The notes: a model not told the origin generated them from the sequence alone. Counted from the stretch's first letter, positions 23,801-39,065 are shown. The stretch is DNA of 64,000 bases from Octopus sinensis (GCF_006345805.1 NC_043022.1:11718001-11782000); one strand, 5' to 3'. Made by a program: numbers and translations.

Positions 23801-26800
23801 GTAACATATTTTGTATTCTTAAAAGTTTTGACATTTTACACGTAACATATTAATCAAGAGATCACCCAAGTCACAAAAGTTTTCAGAAAACAAAATGTGT
23901 CAAAATATTGCAAATATGCATAAAATAGAAACAAAATCGCATATTCAAATTGGTTGGTTTTTAGCACTTATTTACAATATTTTGAAGCATTTTTAATTAG
24001 TACTTATATGCAATACTTTGAAACATTTTGTATTTTGATAAGTTTTGACATTTTAGATATATTTTTGATAAATATAAACTTATTATTAATCAGGTAACTT
24101 ATATTTACCCGAGATCACTCGTCACAGTTTTTAAAATACAAAGAGTCAAAATATTGCAAATACCCATAAAAATGTGAAGAGAATTGCTAATTCAAATTTT
24201 TTTTTTTTAGTGCTTATTGGCAATATTTTAACACATTCTGTATTCTGAAAACTTTTTACATTTCAGTGATCTCTTTGATAAATATATTCTCACTATCATT
24301 TAGTATCAAATCACAAAAGTTATCGAAAAACAAAATATGTCAAAGTATTAGTATCCACAAAAATTTCTTTGATAACTATAAACTTATTAATAAATATAAT
24401 CTTATATTTAGCAAAGAGATCAGATTTCATAAACGTCTTCAGAAAACAAAATGTGTTAGAATATTGCATATAAGCATAAGAAAGTCAACAAAATTGCTAA
24501 TACAGTTTTCTTCTAGTACTTATTTGCAATACTTTGACACATTTTGTATCCATAACACTTTTGACCTGATAGTGATCTCTTTGATAAGTATAATCAGTTA
24601 ACTTACATTTGCCTAACAGATAACTCAAGTCACAAAAGTTTTCAGAAAACAAAATGTCTCAGAATATTGCAAAGAATCATACAAAAGTGAACATTGCTAA
24701 TTCAAATTTGTTTTTCCTTAGTACTTTTTTGCAATATTTTCACACATTCTGTATCCTAAAAACATTTGACACTTTAATGATCTCTGATAAAGTTGTCTCA
24801 CTATCAATCAGGTAACATATTTTGTATTCTTAAAAGTTTTGACATTTTACACGTAACATATTAATCAAGAGATCACCCAAGTCACAAAAGTTTTCAGAAA
24901 ACAAAATGTGTCAAAATATTGCAAATATGCATAAAATAGAAACAAAATCGCATATTCAAATTGGTTGGTTTTTTAGCACTTATTTACAATATTTTGAAGC
25001 ATTTTTAATTAGTACTTATATGCAATACTTTGAAACATTTTGTATTTTGATAAGTTTTGACATTTTAGATATATTTTTGATAAATATAAACTTATTATTA
25101 ATCAGGTAACTTATATTTACCCGAGATCACTCGTCACATAAAATAGAAACAAAATCGCATATTCAAATTGGTTGGTTTTTAGCACTTATTTACAATATTT
25201 TGAAGCATTTTTAATTAGTACTTATATGCAATACTTTGAAACATTTTGTATTTTGATAAGTTTTGACATTTTAGATATATTTTTGATAAATATAAACTTA
25301 TTATTAATCAGGTAACTTATATTTACCCGAGATCACTCGTCACAGTTTTTAAAATACAAAGAGTCAAAATATTGCAAATACCCATAAAAATGTGAAGAGA
25401 ATTGCTAATTCAAATTTTTTTTTTTAGTACTTATTGGCAATATTTTAACACATTCTGTATTATGAAAACTTTTTACATTTCAGTGATCTCTTTGATAAAT
25501 ATATTCTCACTATCATTTAGTATCAAATCACAAAAGTTATCGAAAAACAAAATATGTCAAAGTATTAGTATCCACAAAAATTTCTTTGATAACTATAAAC
25601 TTATTAATAAATATAATCTTATATTTAGCAAAGAGATCAGATTTCATAAACGTCTTCAGAAAACAAAATGTGTTAGAATATAAGCATAAGAAAGTCAACA
25701 AAATTGCTAATACAGTTTTCTTCTAGTACTTATTTGCAATACTTTGACACATTTTGTATCCATAAAACTTTTGACCTGATAGTCAATCAGTTAACCTATA
25801 TTTACCTAACAGATATCTCTTGACAAAAGATTTCATAAAACAAAATGTCTCAAAATATTGCAAATAAGCATAAAATAGCACTTTTTTACAATATTTTGAA
25901 GCATTTTTTATTAGTACTTATATGCACTCTTATTATCAATCAGTTACCTTATATTTACCAAGATCACTCGTCGCAAAAGTTTTCAAAAAACAAAATGTGT
26001 TAAAATATTGCATATAATCATAACAAAGGGAACAAAACTGCTAATTCAATTACTTGTTTTCTATTTGGAATACTTTGACACATTTTGTATCCCTAAAACT
26101 TTTGAAATATTAGTGATCTCTTTGATAAGTATAATCAGTTAACTTACATTTGCCTAACAGATAACTCAAGTCACAAAAGTTTTCAGAAAACAAAATGTCT
26201 TGCAAAGAATCATACAAAAGTGAACATTGCTAATTCAAATTTGTTTTTCCTTAGTACTTTTTTGCAATATTTTCACACATTCTGTATCCTAAAAACATTT
26301 GACACTTTAGTGATCTCTTTGATAAAGTTGTCTCACTATCAATCAGGTAACATATTTTGTATTCTTAAAAGTTTTGACATTTTACACGTAACATATTAAT
26401 CAAGAGATCACCCAAGTCACAAAAGTTTTCAGAAAACAAAATGTGTCAAAATATTGCAAATATGCATAAAATAGAAACAAAATCGCACATATTTACAATA
26501 TTTTGAAGCATTTTTAATTAGTACTTATATGCAATACTTTGAAACATTTTGTATTTTGATAAGTTTTGACATTTTAGATATATTTTTGATAAATATAAAC
26601 TTATTATTAATCAGGTAACTTATATTTACCCGAGATCACTCGTCACAGTTTTTAAAATACAAAGAGTCAAAATATTGCAAATACCCATAAAAATGTGAAG
26701 AGAATTGCTAATTCAAATTTTTTTTTTTTAGTACTTATTGGCAATATTTTAACACATTCTGTATTATGAAAACTTTTTACATTTCAGTGATCTCTTTGAT

Positions 26801-29800
26801 AAATATATTCTCACTATCATTTAGTATCAAATCACAAAAGTTATCGAAAAACAAAATATGTCAAAGTATTAGTATCCACAAAAATTTCTTTGATAACTAT
26901 AAACTTATTAATAAATATAATCTTATATTTAGCAAAGAGATCAGATTTCATAAACGTCTTCAGAAAACAAAATGTGTTAGAATATTGCATATAAGCATAA
27001 GAAAGTCAACAAAATTGCTAATACAGTTTTCTTCTAGTACTTATTTGCAATACTTTGACACATTTTGTATCCATAAAACTTTTGACCTGATAGTGATCTC
27101 TTTGATAAGTATAATCTTATTATCAATCAGTTAACTTATATTTACCTAACAGATATCTCTTGACAAAAGATTTCATAAAACAAAATGTCTCAAAATATTG
27201 CAAATAAGCATAAAATAGCACTTTTTTACAATATTTTGAAGCATTTTTTATTAGTACTTATATGCACTCTTATTATCAATCAGTTACCTTATATTTACCA
27301 AGATCACTCGTCGCAAAAGTTTTCAAAAACAAAATGTGTTAAAATATTGCATATAATCATAACAAAGGGAACAAAACTGCTAATTCAATTACTTGTTTTC
27401 TATTTGGAATACTTTGACACATTTTGTATCCCTAAAACTTTTGAAATATTAGTGATCTCTTTGATAAGTATAATCAGTTAACTTACATTTGCCTAACAGA
27501 TAACTCAAGTCACAAAAGTTTTCAGAAAACAAAATGTCTTGCAAAGAATCATACAAAAGTGAACATTGCTAATTCAAATTTGTTTTTCCTTAGTACTTTT
27601 TTGCAATATTTTCACACATTCTGTATCCTAAAAACATTTGACACTTTAGTGATCTCTTTGATAAAGTTGTCTCACTATCAATCAGGTAACATATTTTGTA
27701 TTCTTAAAAGTTTTGACATTTTACACGTAACATATTAATCAAGAGATCACCCAAGTCACAAAAGTTTTCAGAAAACAAAATGTGTCAAAATATTGCAAAT
27801 ATGCATAAAATAGAAACAAAATCGCACATATTTACAATATTTTGAAGCATTTTTAATTAGTACTTATATGCAATACTTTGAAACATTTTGTATTTTGATA
27901 AGTTTTGACATTTTAGATATATTTTTGATAAATATAAACTTATTATTAATCAGGTAACTTATATTTACCCGAGATCACTCGTCACAGTTTTTAAAATACA
28001 AAGAGTCAAAATATTGCAAATACCCATAAAAATGTGAAGAGAATTGCTAATTCAAATTTTTTTTTTTAGTACTTATTGGCAATATTTTAACACATTCTGT
28101 ATTATGAAAACTTTTTACATTTCAGTGATCTCTTTGATAAATATATTCTCACTATCATTTAGTATCAAATCACAAAAGTTATCGAAAAACAAAATATGTC
28201 AAAGTATTAGTATCCACAAAAATTTCTTTGATAACTATAAACTTATTAATAAATATAATCTTATATTTAGCAAAGAGATCAGATTTCATAAACGTCTTCA
28301 GAAAACAAAATGTGTTAGAATATAAGCATAAGAAAGTCAACAAAATTGCTAATACAGTTTTCTTTTTTTTCTTCTAGTACTTATTTGCAATACTTTGACA
28401 CATTTTGTATCCATAAACTTTTTTTGATCTGATAGTCAATCAGTTAACTTATATTTACCTAACAGATATCTCTTGACAAAAGATTTCATAAAACAAAATG
28501 TCTCAAAATATTGCAAATAAGCATAAAATAGCACTTTTTTACAAATTTTTGAAGCATTTTTTATTAGTACTTATATGCACTCTTATTATCAATCAGTTAC
28601 CTTATATTTACCAAGATCACTCGTCGCAAAAGTTTTCAAAAAACAAATGTGTTAAAATATTGCATATAATCATAACAAAGGGAACAAAACTGCTAATTCA
28701 ATTACTTGTTTTCTATTTGGAATAAGTATAATCAGTTAACTTACATTTGCCTAACAGATAACTCAAGTCACAAAAGTTTTCAGAAAACAAAATGTCTTGC
28801 AAAGAATCATACAAAAGTGAACATTGCTAATTCAAATTTGTTTTTCCTTAGTACTTTTTTGCAATATTTTCACACATTCTGTATCCTAAAAACATTTGAC
28901 ACTTTAGTGATCTCTTTGATAAAGTTGTCTCACTATCAATCAGGTAACATATTTTGTATTCTTAAAAGTTTTGACATTTTACACGTAACATATTAATCAA
29001 GAGATCACCCAAGTCACAAAAGTTTTCAGAAAACAAAATGTGTCAAAATATTGCAAATATGCATAAAATAGAAACAAAATCGCACATATTTACAATATTT
29101 TGAAGCATTTTTAATTAGTACTTATATGCAATACTTTGAAACATTTTGTATTTTGATAAGTTTTGACATTTTAGATATATTTTTGATAAATATAAACTTA
29201 TTATTAATCAGGTAACTTATATTTACCCGAGATCACTCGTCACAGTTTTTAAAATACAAAGAGTCAAAATATTGCAAATACCCATAAAAATGTGAAGAGA
29301 ATTGCTAATTCAAATTTTTTTTTTTTAGTACTTATTGGCAATATTTTAACACATTCTGTATTATGAAAACTTTTTACATTTCAGTGATCTCTTTGATAAA
29401 TATATTCTCACTATCATTTAGTATCAAATCACAAAAGTTATCGAAAAACAAAATATGTCAAAGTATTAGTATCCACAAAAATTTCTTTGATAACTATAAA
29501 CTTATTAATAAATATAATCTTATATTTAGCAAAGAGATCAGATTTCATAAACGTCTTCAGAAAACAAAATGTGTTAGAATAGCATATAAGCATAAGAAAG
29601 TCAACAAAATTGCTAATACAGTTTTCTTCTAGTACTTATTTGCAATACTTTGACACATTTTGTATCCATAAAACTTTTGACCTGATAGTGATCTCTTTGA
29701 TAAGTATAATCTTATTATCAATCAGTTAACTTATATTTACCTAACAGATATCTCTTGACAAAAGATTTCATAAAACAAAATGTCTCAAAATATTGCAAAT

Positions 29801-32800
29801 AAGCATAAAATAGCACTTTTTTACAATATTTTGAAGCATTTTTTATTAGTACTTATATGCACTCTTATTATCAATCAGTTACCTTATATTTACCAAGATC
29901 ACTCGTCGCAAAAGTTTTCAAAAACAAAATGTGTTAAAATATTGCATATAATCATAACAAGGGAACAAACTGCTAATTCAATTACTTGTTTTCTATTTGG
30001 AATACTTTGACACATTTTGTATCCCTAAAACTTTTGAAATATTAGTGATCTCTTTGATAAGTATAATCAGTTAACTTACATTTGCCTAACAGATAACTCA
30101 AGTCACAAAAGTTTTCAGAAAACAAAATGTCTTGCAAAGAATCATACAAAAGTGAACATTGCTAATTCAAATTTGTTTTTCCTTAGTACTTTTTTGCAAT
30201 ATTTTCACACATTCTGTATCCTAAAAACATTTGACACTTTAGTGATCTCTTTGATAAAGTTGTCTCACTATCAATCAGGTAACATATTTTGTATTCTTAA
30301 AAGTTTTGACATTTTACACGTAACATATTAATCAAGAGATCACCCAAGTCACAAAAGTTTTCAGAAAACAAAATGTGTCAAAATATTGCAAATATGCATA
30401 AAATAGAAACAAAATCGCACATATTTACAATATTTTGAAGCATTTTTAATTAGTACTTATATGCAATACTTTGAAACATTTTGTATTTTTATTTTGAGTT
30501 TTGACATTTTTTTGAGATATATTTTTGATAAATATAAACTTATTATTAATCAGGTAACTTATATTTACCCGAGATCACTCGTCACAGTTTTTAAAATACA
30601 AAGAGTCAAAATATTGCAAATACCCATAAAAATGTGAAGAGAATTGCTAATTCAAATTTTTTTTTTTAGTACTTATTGGCAATATTTTAACACATTCTGT
30701 ATTATGAAAACTTTTTACATTTCAGTGATCTCTTTGATAAATATATTCTCACTATCATTTAGTATCAAATCACAAAAGTTATCGAAAAACAAAATATGTC
30801 AAAGTATTAGTATCCACAAAAATTTCTTTGATAACTATAAACTTATTAATAAATATAATCTTATATTTAGCAAAGAGATCAGATTTCATAAACGTCTTCA
30901 GAAAACAAAATGTGTTAGAATATAAGCATAAGAAAGTCAACAAAATTGCTAATACAGTTTTCTTCTAGTACTTATTTGCAATACTTTGACACATTTTGTA
31001 TCCATAAAACTTTTGACCTGATAGTGATCTCTTTGATAAGTATAATCTTATTATCAATCAGTTAACTTATATTTACCTAACAGATATCTCTTGACAAAAG
31101 ATTTCATAAAACAAAATGTCTCAAAATATTGCAAATAAGCATAAAATAGCACTTTTTTACAATATTTTGAAGCATTTTTTATTAGTACTTATATGCACTC
31201 TTATTATCAATCAGTTACCTTATATTTACCAAGATCACTCGTCGCAAAAGTTTTCAAAAAACAAAATGTGTTAAAATATGCATATAATCATAACAAAGGG
31301 AACAAAACTGCTAATTCAATTACTTGTTCTCTATTTGGAATATTTGACACATTTTGTATCCCTAAAACTTTTGAAATATTAGTGATCTCTTTGATAAGTA
31401 TAATCAGTTAACTTACATTTGCCTAACAGATAACTCAAGTCACAAAAGTTTTCAGAAAACAAAATGTCTCAGAATATTGCAAAGAATCATACAAAAGTGA
31501 ACATTGCTAATTCAAATTTGTTTTTCCTTAGTACTTTTTTGCAATATTTTCACACATTCTGTATCCTAAAAACATTTGACACTTTAGTGATCTCTGATAA
31601 AGTTGTCTCACTATCAATCAGGTAACATATTTTGTATTCTTAAAAGTTTTGACATTTTACACGTAACATATTAATCAAGAGATCACCCAAGTCACAAAAG
31701 TTTTCAGAAAACAAAATGTGTCAAAATATTGCAAATATGCATAAAATAGAAACAAAATCGCATATTCAAATTGTTGGTTTTTAGCACTATTTACAATATT
31801 TTGAAGCATTTTTAATTAGTACTTATATGCAATACTTTGAAACATTTTGTATTTTGATAAGTTTTGACATTTTAGATATATTTTTGATAAATATAAACTT
31901 ATTATTAATCAGGTAACTTATATTTACCCGAGATCACTCGTCACAGTTTTTAAAATACAAAGAGTCAAAATATTGCAAATACCCATAAAAATGTGAAGAG
32001 AATTGCTAATTCAAATTTTTTTTTTTTAGTACTTATTGGCAATATTTTAACACATTCTGTATTATGAAAACTTTTTACATTTCAGTGATCTCTTTGATAA
32101 ATATATTCTCACTATCATTTAGTATCAAATCACAAAAGTTATCGAAAAACAAAATATGTCAAAGTATTAGTATCCACAAAAATTTCTTTGATAACTATAA
32201 ACTTATTATAAATATAATCTTATATTTAGCAAAGAGATCAGATTTCATAAACGTCTTCAGAAAACAAAATGTGTTAGAATATAAGCATAAGAAAGTCAAC
32301 AAAATTGCTAATACAGTTTTCTTCTAGTACTTATTTGCAATACTTTGACACATTTTGTATCCATAAAACTTTTGACCTGATAGTGATCTCTTTGATAAGT
32401 ATAATCTTATTATCAATCAGTTAACTTATATTTACCTAACAGATATCTCTTGACAAAAGATTTCATAAAACAAAATGTCTCAAAATATTGCAAATAAGCA
32501 TAAAATAGCACTTTTTTACAATATTTTGAAGCATTTTTTATTAGTACTTATATGCACTCTTATTATCAATCAGTTACCTTATATTTACCAAGATCACTCG
32601 TCGCAAAAGTTTTCAAAAAACAAAATGTGTTAAAATATTGCATATAATCATAACAAAGGGAACAAAACTGCTAATTCAATTACTTGTTCTCTATTTGGAA
32701 TATTTGACACATTTTGTATCCCTAAAACTTTTGAAATATTAGTGATCTCTTTGATAAGTATAATCAGTTAACTTACATTTGCCTAACAGATAACTCAAGT

Positions 32801-35800
32801 CACAAAAGTTTTCAGAAAACAAAATGTCTTGCAAAGAATCATACAAAAGTGAACATTGCTAATTCAAATTTGTTTTTCCTTAGTACTTTTTTGCAATATT
32901 TTCACACATTCTGTATCCTAAAACATTTGACACTTTAGTGATCTCTTTGATAAAGTTGTCTCACTATCAATCAGGTAACATATTTTGTATTCTTAAAAGT
33001 TTTGACATTTTACACGTAACATATTAATCAAGAGATCACCCAAGTCACAAAAGTTTTCAGAAAACAAAATGTGTCAAATATTGCAAATATGCATAAAATA
33101 GAAACAAATCGCACATTTTACAATATTTTGAAGCATTTTTAATTAGTACTTATATGCAATACTTTGAAACATTTTGTATTTTGATAAGTTTTGACATTTT
33201 AGATATATTTTTGATAAATATAAACTTATTATTAATCAGGTAACTTATATTTACCCGAGATCACTCGTCACAGTTTTTAAAATACAAAGAGTCAAAATAT
33301 TGCAAATACCCATAAAAATGTGAAGAGAATTGCTAATTCAAATTTTTTTTTTTAGTACTTATTGGCAATATTTTAACACATTCTGTATTATGAAAACTTT
33401 TTACATTTCAGTGATCTCTTTGATAAATATATTCTCACTATCATTTAGTATCAAATCACAAAAGTTATCGAAAAACAAAATATGTCAAAGTATTAGTATC
33501 CACAAAAATTTCTTTGATAACTATAAACTTATTAATAAATATAATCTTATATTTAGCAAAGAGATCAGATTTCATAAACGTCTTCAGAAAACAAAATGTG
33601 TTTAGAATATAAGCATAAGAAAGTCAACAAAATTGCTAATACAGTTTTCTTCTAGTACTTATTTGCAATACTTTGACACATTTTGTATCCATAAAACTTT
33701 TGACCTGATAGTGATCTCTTGATAAGTAAAATTATCAATCAGTTAACTTATATTTACCTAACAGATATCTCTTGACAAAAGATTTCATAAAACAAAATGT
33801 CTCAAAATATTGCAAATAAGCATAAAATAGCACTTTTTTACAATATTTTGAAGCATTTTTTATTAGTACTTATATGCACTCTTATTATCAATCAGTTACC
33901 TTATATTTACCAAGATCACTCGTCGCAAAAGTTTTCAAAAAACAAAATGTGTTAAAATATTGCATATAATCATAACAAAGGGAACAAAACTGCTAATTCA
34001 ATTACTTGTTTTCTATTTGGAATATTTGACACATTTTGTATCCCTAAAACTTTTGAAATATTAGTGATCTCTTTGATAAGTATAATCAGTTAACTTACAT
34101 TTGCCTAACAGATAACTCAAGTCACAAAAGTTTTCAGAAAACAAAATGTCTTGCAAAGAATCATACAAAAGTGAACATTGCTAATTCAAATTTGTTTTTC
34201 CTTAGTACTTTTTTGCAATATTTTCACACATTCTGTATCCTAAAAACATTTGACACTTTAGTGATCTCTTTGATAAAGTTGTCTCACTATCAATCAGGTA
34301 ACATATTTTGTATTCTTAAAAGTTTTGACATTTTACACGTAACATATTAATCAAGAGATCACCCAAGTCACAAAAGTTTTCAGAAAACAAAATGTGTCAA
34401 AATATTGCAAATATGCATAAAATAGAAACAAAATCGCACATATTTACAATATTTTGAAGCATTTTTAATTAGTACTTATATGCAATACTTTGAAACATTT
34501 TGTATTTTGATAAGTTTTGACATTTTAGATATATTTTTGATAAATATAAACTTATTATTAATCAGGTAACTTATATTTACCCGAGATCACTCGTCACAGT
34601 TTTTAAAATACAAAGAGTCAAAATATTGCAAATACCCATAAAAATGTGAAGAGAATTGCTAATTCAAATTTTTTTTTTTTAGTACTTATTGGCAATATTT
34701 TAACACATTCTGTATTATGAAAACTTTTTACATTTCAGTGATCTCTTTGATAAATATATTCTCACTATCATTTAGTATCAAATCACAAAAGTTATCGAAA
34801 ACAAAATATGTCAAAGTATTAGTATCCACAAAAATTTCTTTGATAACTATAAACTTATTAATAAATATAATCTTATATTTAGCAAAGAGATCAGATTTCA
34901 TAAACGTCTTCAGAAAACAAAATGTGTTAGAATATATGCATATAAGCATAAGAAAGTCAACAAAATTGCTAATACAGTTTTCTTCTAGTACTTATTTGCA
35001 ATACTTTGACACATTTTGTATCCATAAAACTTTTGACCTGATAGTGATCTCTTTGATAAGTATAATCTTATTATCAATCAGTTAACTTATATTTACCTAA
35101 CAGATATCTCTTGACAAAAGATTTCATAAACAAAATGTCTCAAAATATTGCAAATAAGCATAAAGCACTTTTTTACAATATTTTGAAGCATTTTTTATTA
35201 GTACTTATATGCACTCTTATTATCAATCAGTTACCTTATATTTACCAAGATCACTCGTCGCAAAAGTTTTCAAAAACAAAATGTGTTAAAATATTGCATA
35301 TAATCATAACAAGGGAACAAAACTGCTAATTCAATTACTTGTTCTCTATTTGGAATATTTGACACATTTTGTATCCCTAAAACTTTTGAAATATTAGTGA
35401 TCTCTTTGATAAGTATAATCAGTTAACTTACATTTGCCTAACAGATAACTCAAGTCACAAAAGTTTTCAGAAAACAAAATGTCTCAGAATATTGCAAAGA
35501 ATCATACAAAAGTGAACATTGCTAATTCAAATTTGTTTTTCCTTAGTACTTTTTTGCAATATTTTCACACATTCTGTATCCTAAAAACATTTGACACTTT
35601 AGTGATCTCTGATAAAGTTGTCTCACTATCAATCAGGTAACATATTTTGTATTCTTAAAAGTTTTGACATTTTACACGTAACATATTAATCAAGAGATCA
35701 CCCAAGTCACAAAAGTTTTCAGAAAACAAAATGTGTCAAAATATTGCAAATATGCATAAAATAGAAACAATCGCATATTCAAATTGGTTGGTTTTTAGCA

Positions 35801-38745
35801 CTTATTTACAATATTTTGAAGCATTTTTAATTAGTACTTATATGCAATACTTTGAAACATTTTGTATTTTGATAAGTTTTGACATTTTAGATATATTTTT
35901 GATAAATATAAACTTATTATTAATCAGGTAACTTATATTTACCCGAGATCACTCGTCACAGTTTTTAAAATACAAAGAGTCAAAATATTGCAAATACCCA
36001 TAAAATGTGAAGAGAATTGCTAATTCAAATTTTTTTTTTTAGTACTTATTGGCAATATTTTAACACATTCTGTATTATGAAAACTTTTTACATTTCAGTG
36101 ATCTCTTTGATAAATATATTCTCACTATCATTTAGTATCAAATCACAAAAGTTATCGAAAAACAAAATATGTCAAAGTATTAGTATCCACAAAAATTTCT
36201 TTGATAACTATAAACTTATTAATAAATATAATCTTATATTTAGCAAAGAGATCAGATTTCATAAACGTCTTCAGAAAACAAAATGTGTTAGAATATAAGC
36301 ATAAGAAAGTCAACAAAATTGCTAATACAGTTTTCTTCTAGTACTTATTTGCAATACTTTGACACATTTTGTATCCATAAAACTTTTGACCTGATAGTGA
36401 TCTCTTTGATAAGTATAATCTTATTATCAATCAGTTAACTTATATTTACCTAACAGATATCTCTTGACAAAAGATTTCATAAAACAAAATGTCTCAAAAT
36501 ATTGCAAATAAGCATAAAATAGCACTTTTTTACAATATTTTGAAGCATTTTTTATTAGTACTTATATGCACTCTTATTATCAATCAGTTACCTTATATTT
36601 ACCAAGATCACTCGTCGCAAAAGTTTTCAAAAAACAAAATGTGTTAAAATATTGCATATAATCATAACAAAGGGAACAAAACTGCTAATTCAATTACTTG
36701 TTTTCTATTTGGAATACTTTGACACATTTTGTATCCCTAAAACTTTTGAAATATTAGTGATCTCTTTGATAAGTATAATCAGTTAACTTACATTTGCCTA
36801 ACAGATAACTCAAGTCACAAAAGTTTTCAGAAAACAAAATGTCTTGCAAAGAATCATACAAGTGAACATTGCTAATTCAAATTTGTTTTTCCTTAGTACT
36901 TTTTTGCAATATTTTCACACATTCTGTATCCTAAAAACATTTGACACTTTAGTGATCTCTTTGATAAAGTTGTCTCACTATCAATCAGGTAACATATTTT
37001 GTATTCTTAAAAGTTTTGACATTTTACACGTAACATATTAATCAAGAGATCACCCAAGTCACAAAAGTTTTCAGAAAACAAAATGTGTCAAAATATTGCA
37101 AATATGCATAAAATAGAAACAAACAAATCGCACATATTTACAATATTTTGAAGCATTTTTAATTAGTACTTATATGCAATACTTTGAAACATTTTGTATT
37201 TTGATAAGTTTTGACATTTAGATATATTTTTATATATTTTGAAATATAAACTTATTATTAATCAGGTAACTTATATTTACCCGAGATCACTCGTCACAGT
37301 TTTTAAAATACAAAGAGTCAAAATATTGCAAATACCCATAAAATGTGAAGAGAATTGCTAATTCAAATTTTTTTTTTTTAGTACTTATTGGCAATATTTT
37401 AACACATTCTGTATTATGAAAACTTTTTACATTTCAGTGATCTCTTTGATAAATATATTCTCACTATCATTTAGTATCAAATCACAAAAGTTATCGAAAA
37501 ACAAAATATGTCAAAGTATTAGTATCCACAAAATTTCTTTGATAACTATAAACTTATTAATAAATATAATCTTATATTTAGCAAAGAGATCAGATTTCAT
37601 AAACGTCTTCAGAAAACAAAATGTGTTAGAATATTGCATATAAGCATAAGAAAGTCAACAAAATTGCTAATACAGTTTTCTTCTAGTACTTATTTGCAAT
37701 ACTTTGACACATTTTGTATCCATAAAACTTTTGACCTGATAGTGATCTCTTTGATAAGTATAATCTTATTATCAATCAGTTAACTTATATTTACCTAACA
37801 GATATCTCTTGACAAAAGATTTCATAAAACAAAATGTCTCAAAATATTGCAAATAAGCATAAAATAGCACTTTTTTACAATATTTTGAAGCATTTTTTAT
37901 TAGTACTTATATGCACTCTTATTATCAATCAGTTACCTTATATTTACCAAGATCACTCGTCGCAAAAGTTTTCAAAAAACAAAATGTGTTAAAATATTGC
38001 ATATAATCAAACAAAGGGAACAAAACTGCTAATTCAATTACTTTTTTCTATTTGGAATACTTTGACACATTTTGTATCCCTAAAACTTTTGAAATATTAG
38101 TGATCTCTTTGATAAGTATAATCAGTTAACTTACATTTGCCTAACAGATAACTCAAGTCACAAAAGTTTTCAGAAAACAAAATGTCTTGCAAAGAATCAT
38201 ACAAAAGTGAACATTGCTAATTCAAATTTGTTTTTCCTTAGTACTTTTTTGCAATATTTTCACACATTCTGTATCCTAAAAACATTTGACACTTTAGTGA
38301 TCTCTTTGATAAAGTTGTCTCACTATCAATCAGGTAACATATTTTGTATTCTTAAAAGTTTTGACATTTTACACGTAACATATTAATCAAGAGATCACCC
38401 AAGTCACAAAAGTTTTCAGAAAACAAATGTGTCAAAATATTGCAAATATGCATAAATAGAAACAAAATCGCACTTATTTACAATATTTTGAAGCATTTTT
38501 AATTAGTACTTATATGCAATACTTTGAAACATTTGTATTTTGATAAGTTTTGACATTTTAGATATATTTTTGATAAATATAAACTTATTATTAATCAGGT
38601 AACTTATATTTACCCGAGATCACTCGTCACAGTTTTTAAATACAAAGAGTCAAAATATTGCAAATACCCATAAAATTTGAAGAGAATTGCTAATTCAAAT
38701 TTTTTTTTTTTAGTACTTATTGGCATATTTTCACACATTCTGTAA
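14880..38745. repeat. AT-rich satellite array: ~17 higher-order units of ~1.33 kb built from ~7 diverged, internally palindromic monomers
   Basis: A marker ORF recurs at 16183, 17516, 18884, 20222, 21585, 22888, ~24245, 25462, 26766, 28104, 29363, 30704, 32064, 33390, 34717, 36077 and 37416. The motif (a)caaaatgtgtcaaaatattgc recurs 7 times per unit. Confidence 0.97.
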
Positions 38746-38845
38746 NNNNNNNNNNNNNNNNNNNNNNNNNNNNNNNNNNNNNNNNNNNNNNNNNNNNNNN
38801 NNNNNNNNNNNNNNNNNNNNNNNNNNNNNNNNNNNNNNNNNNNNN
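38746..38845. other. Assembly gap (100 N)
   Basis: Run of exactly 100 N, probably a placeholder of unknown size. Confidence 0.99.
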
Positions 38846-38945
38846 TGCTATAAATGACCAGAACTGTCCAGAGATGAGCGTTAAGGATTGATTATGACCA
38901 GAGTTAACAAGGGATGAGAGAAGAAAAACATTTTCTTTGAACTAG

Positions 38946-38984
<39 letters not shown>

Positions 38985-39065
38985 TAATAATAATAATCCT
39001 AGTTATCCAAGCTAAAACCAGCTGACCATCAATGTAGAGCTGACCAGCGGTTAGCAGAAACCTAC

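Noticed and set aside
16183-37643. Recurring ORF MKTFYISVISLINIFS.. as a tandem gene family
   Set aside because: It is a chance open frame in the AT-rich satellite unit. Its length varies with indels, and it has no recognisable domain.
14880-38745. CRISPR-like array (palindromic repeats)
   Set aside because: There are no unique spacers and no cas genes, and the context is eukaryotic. The whole sequence is tandemly repeated.
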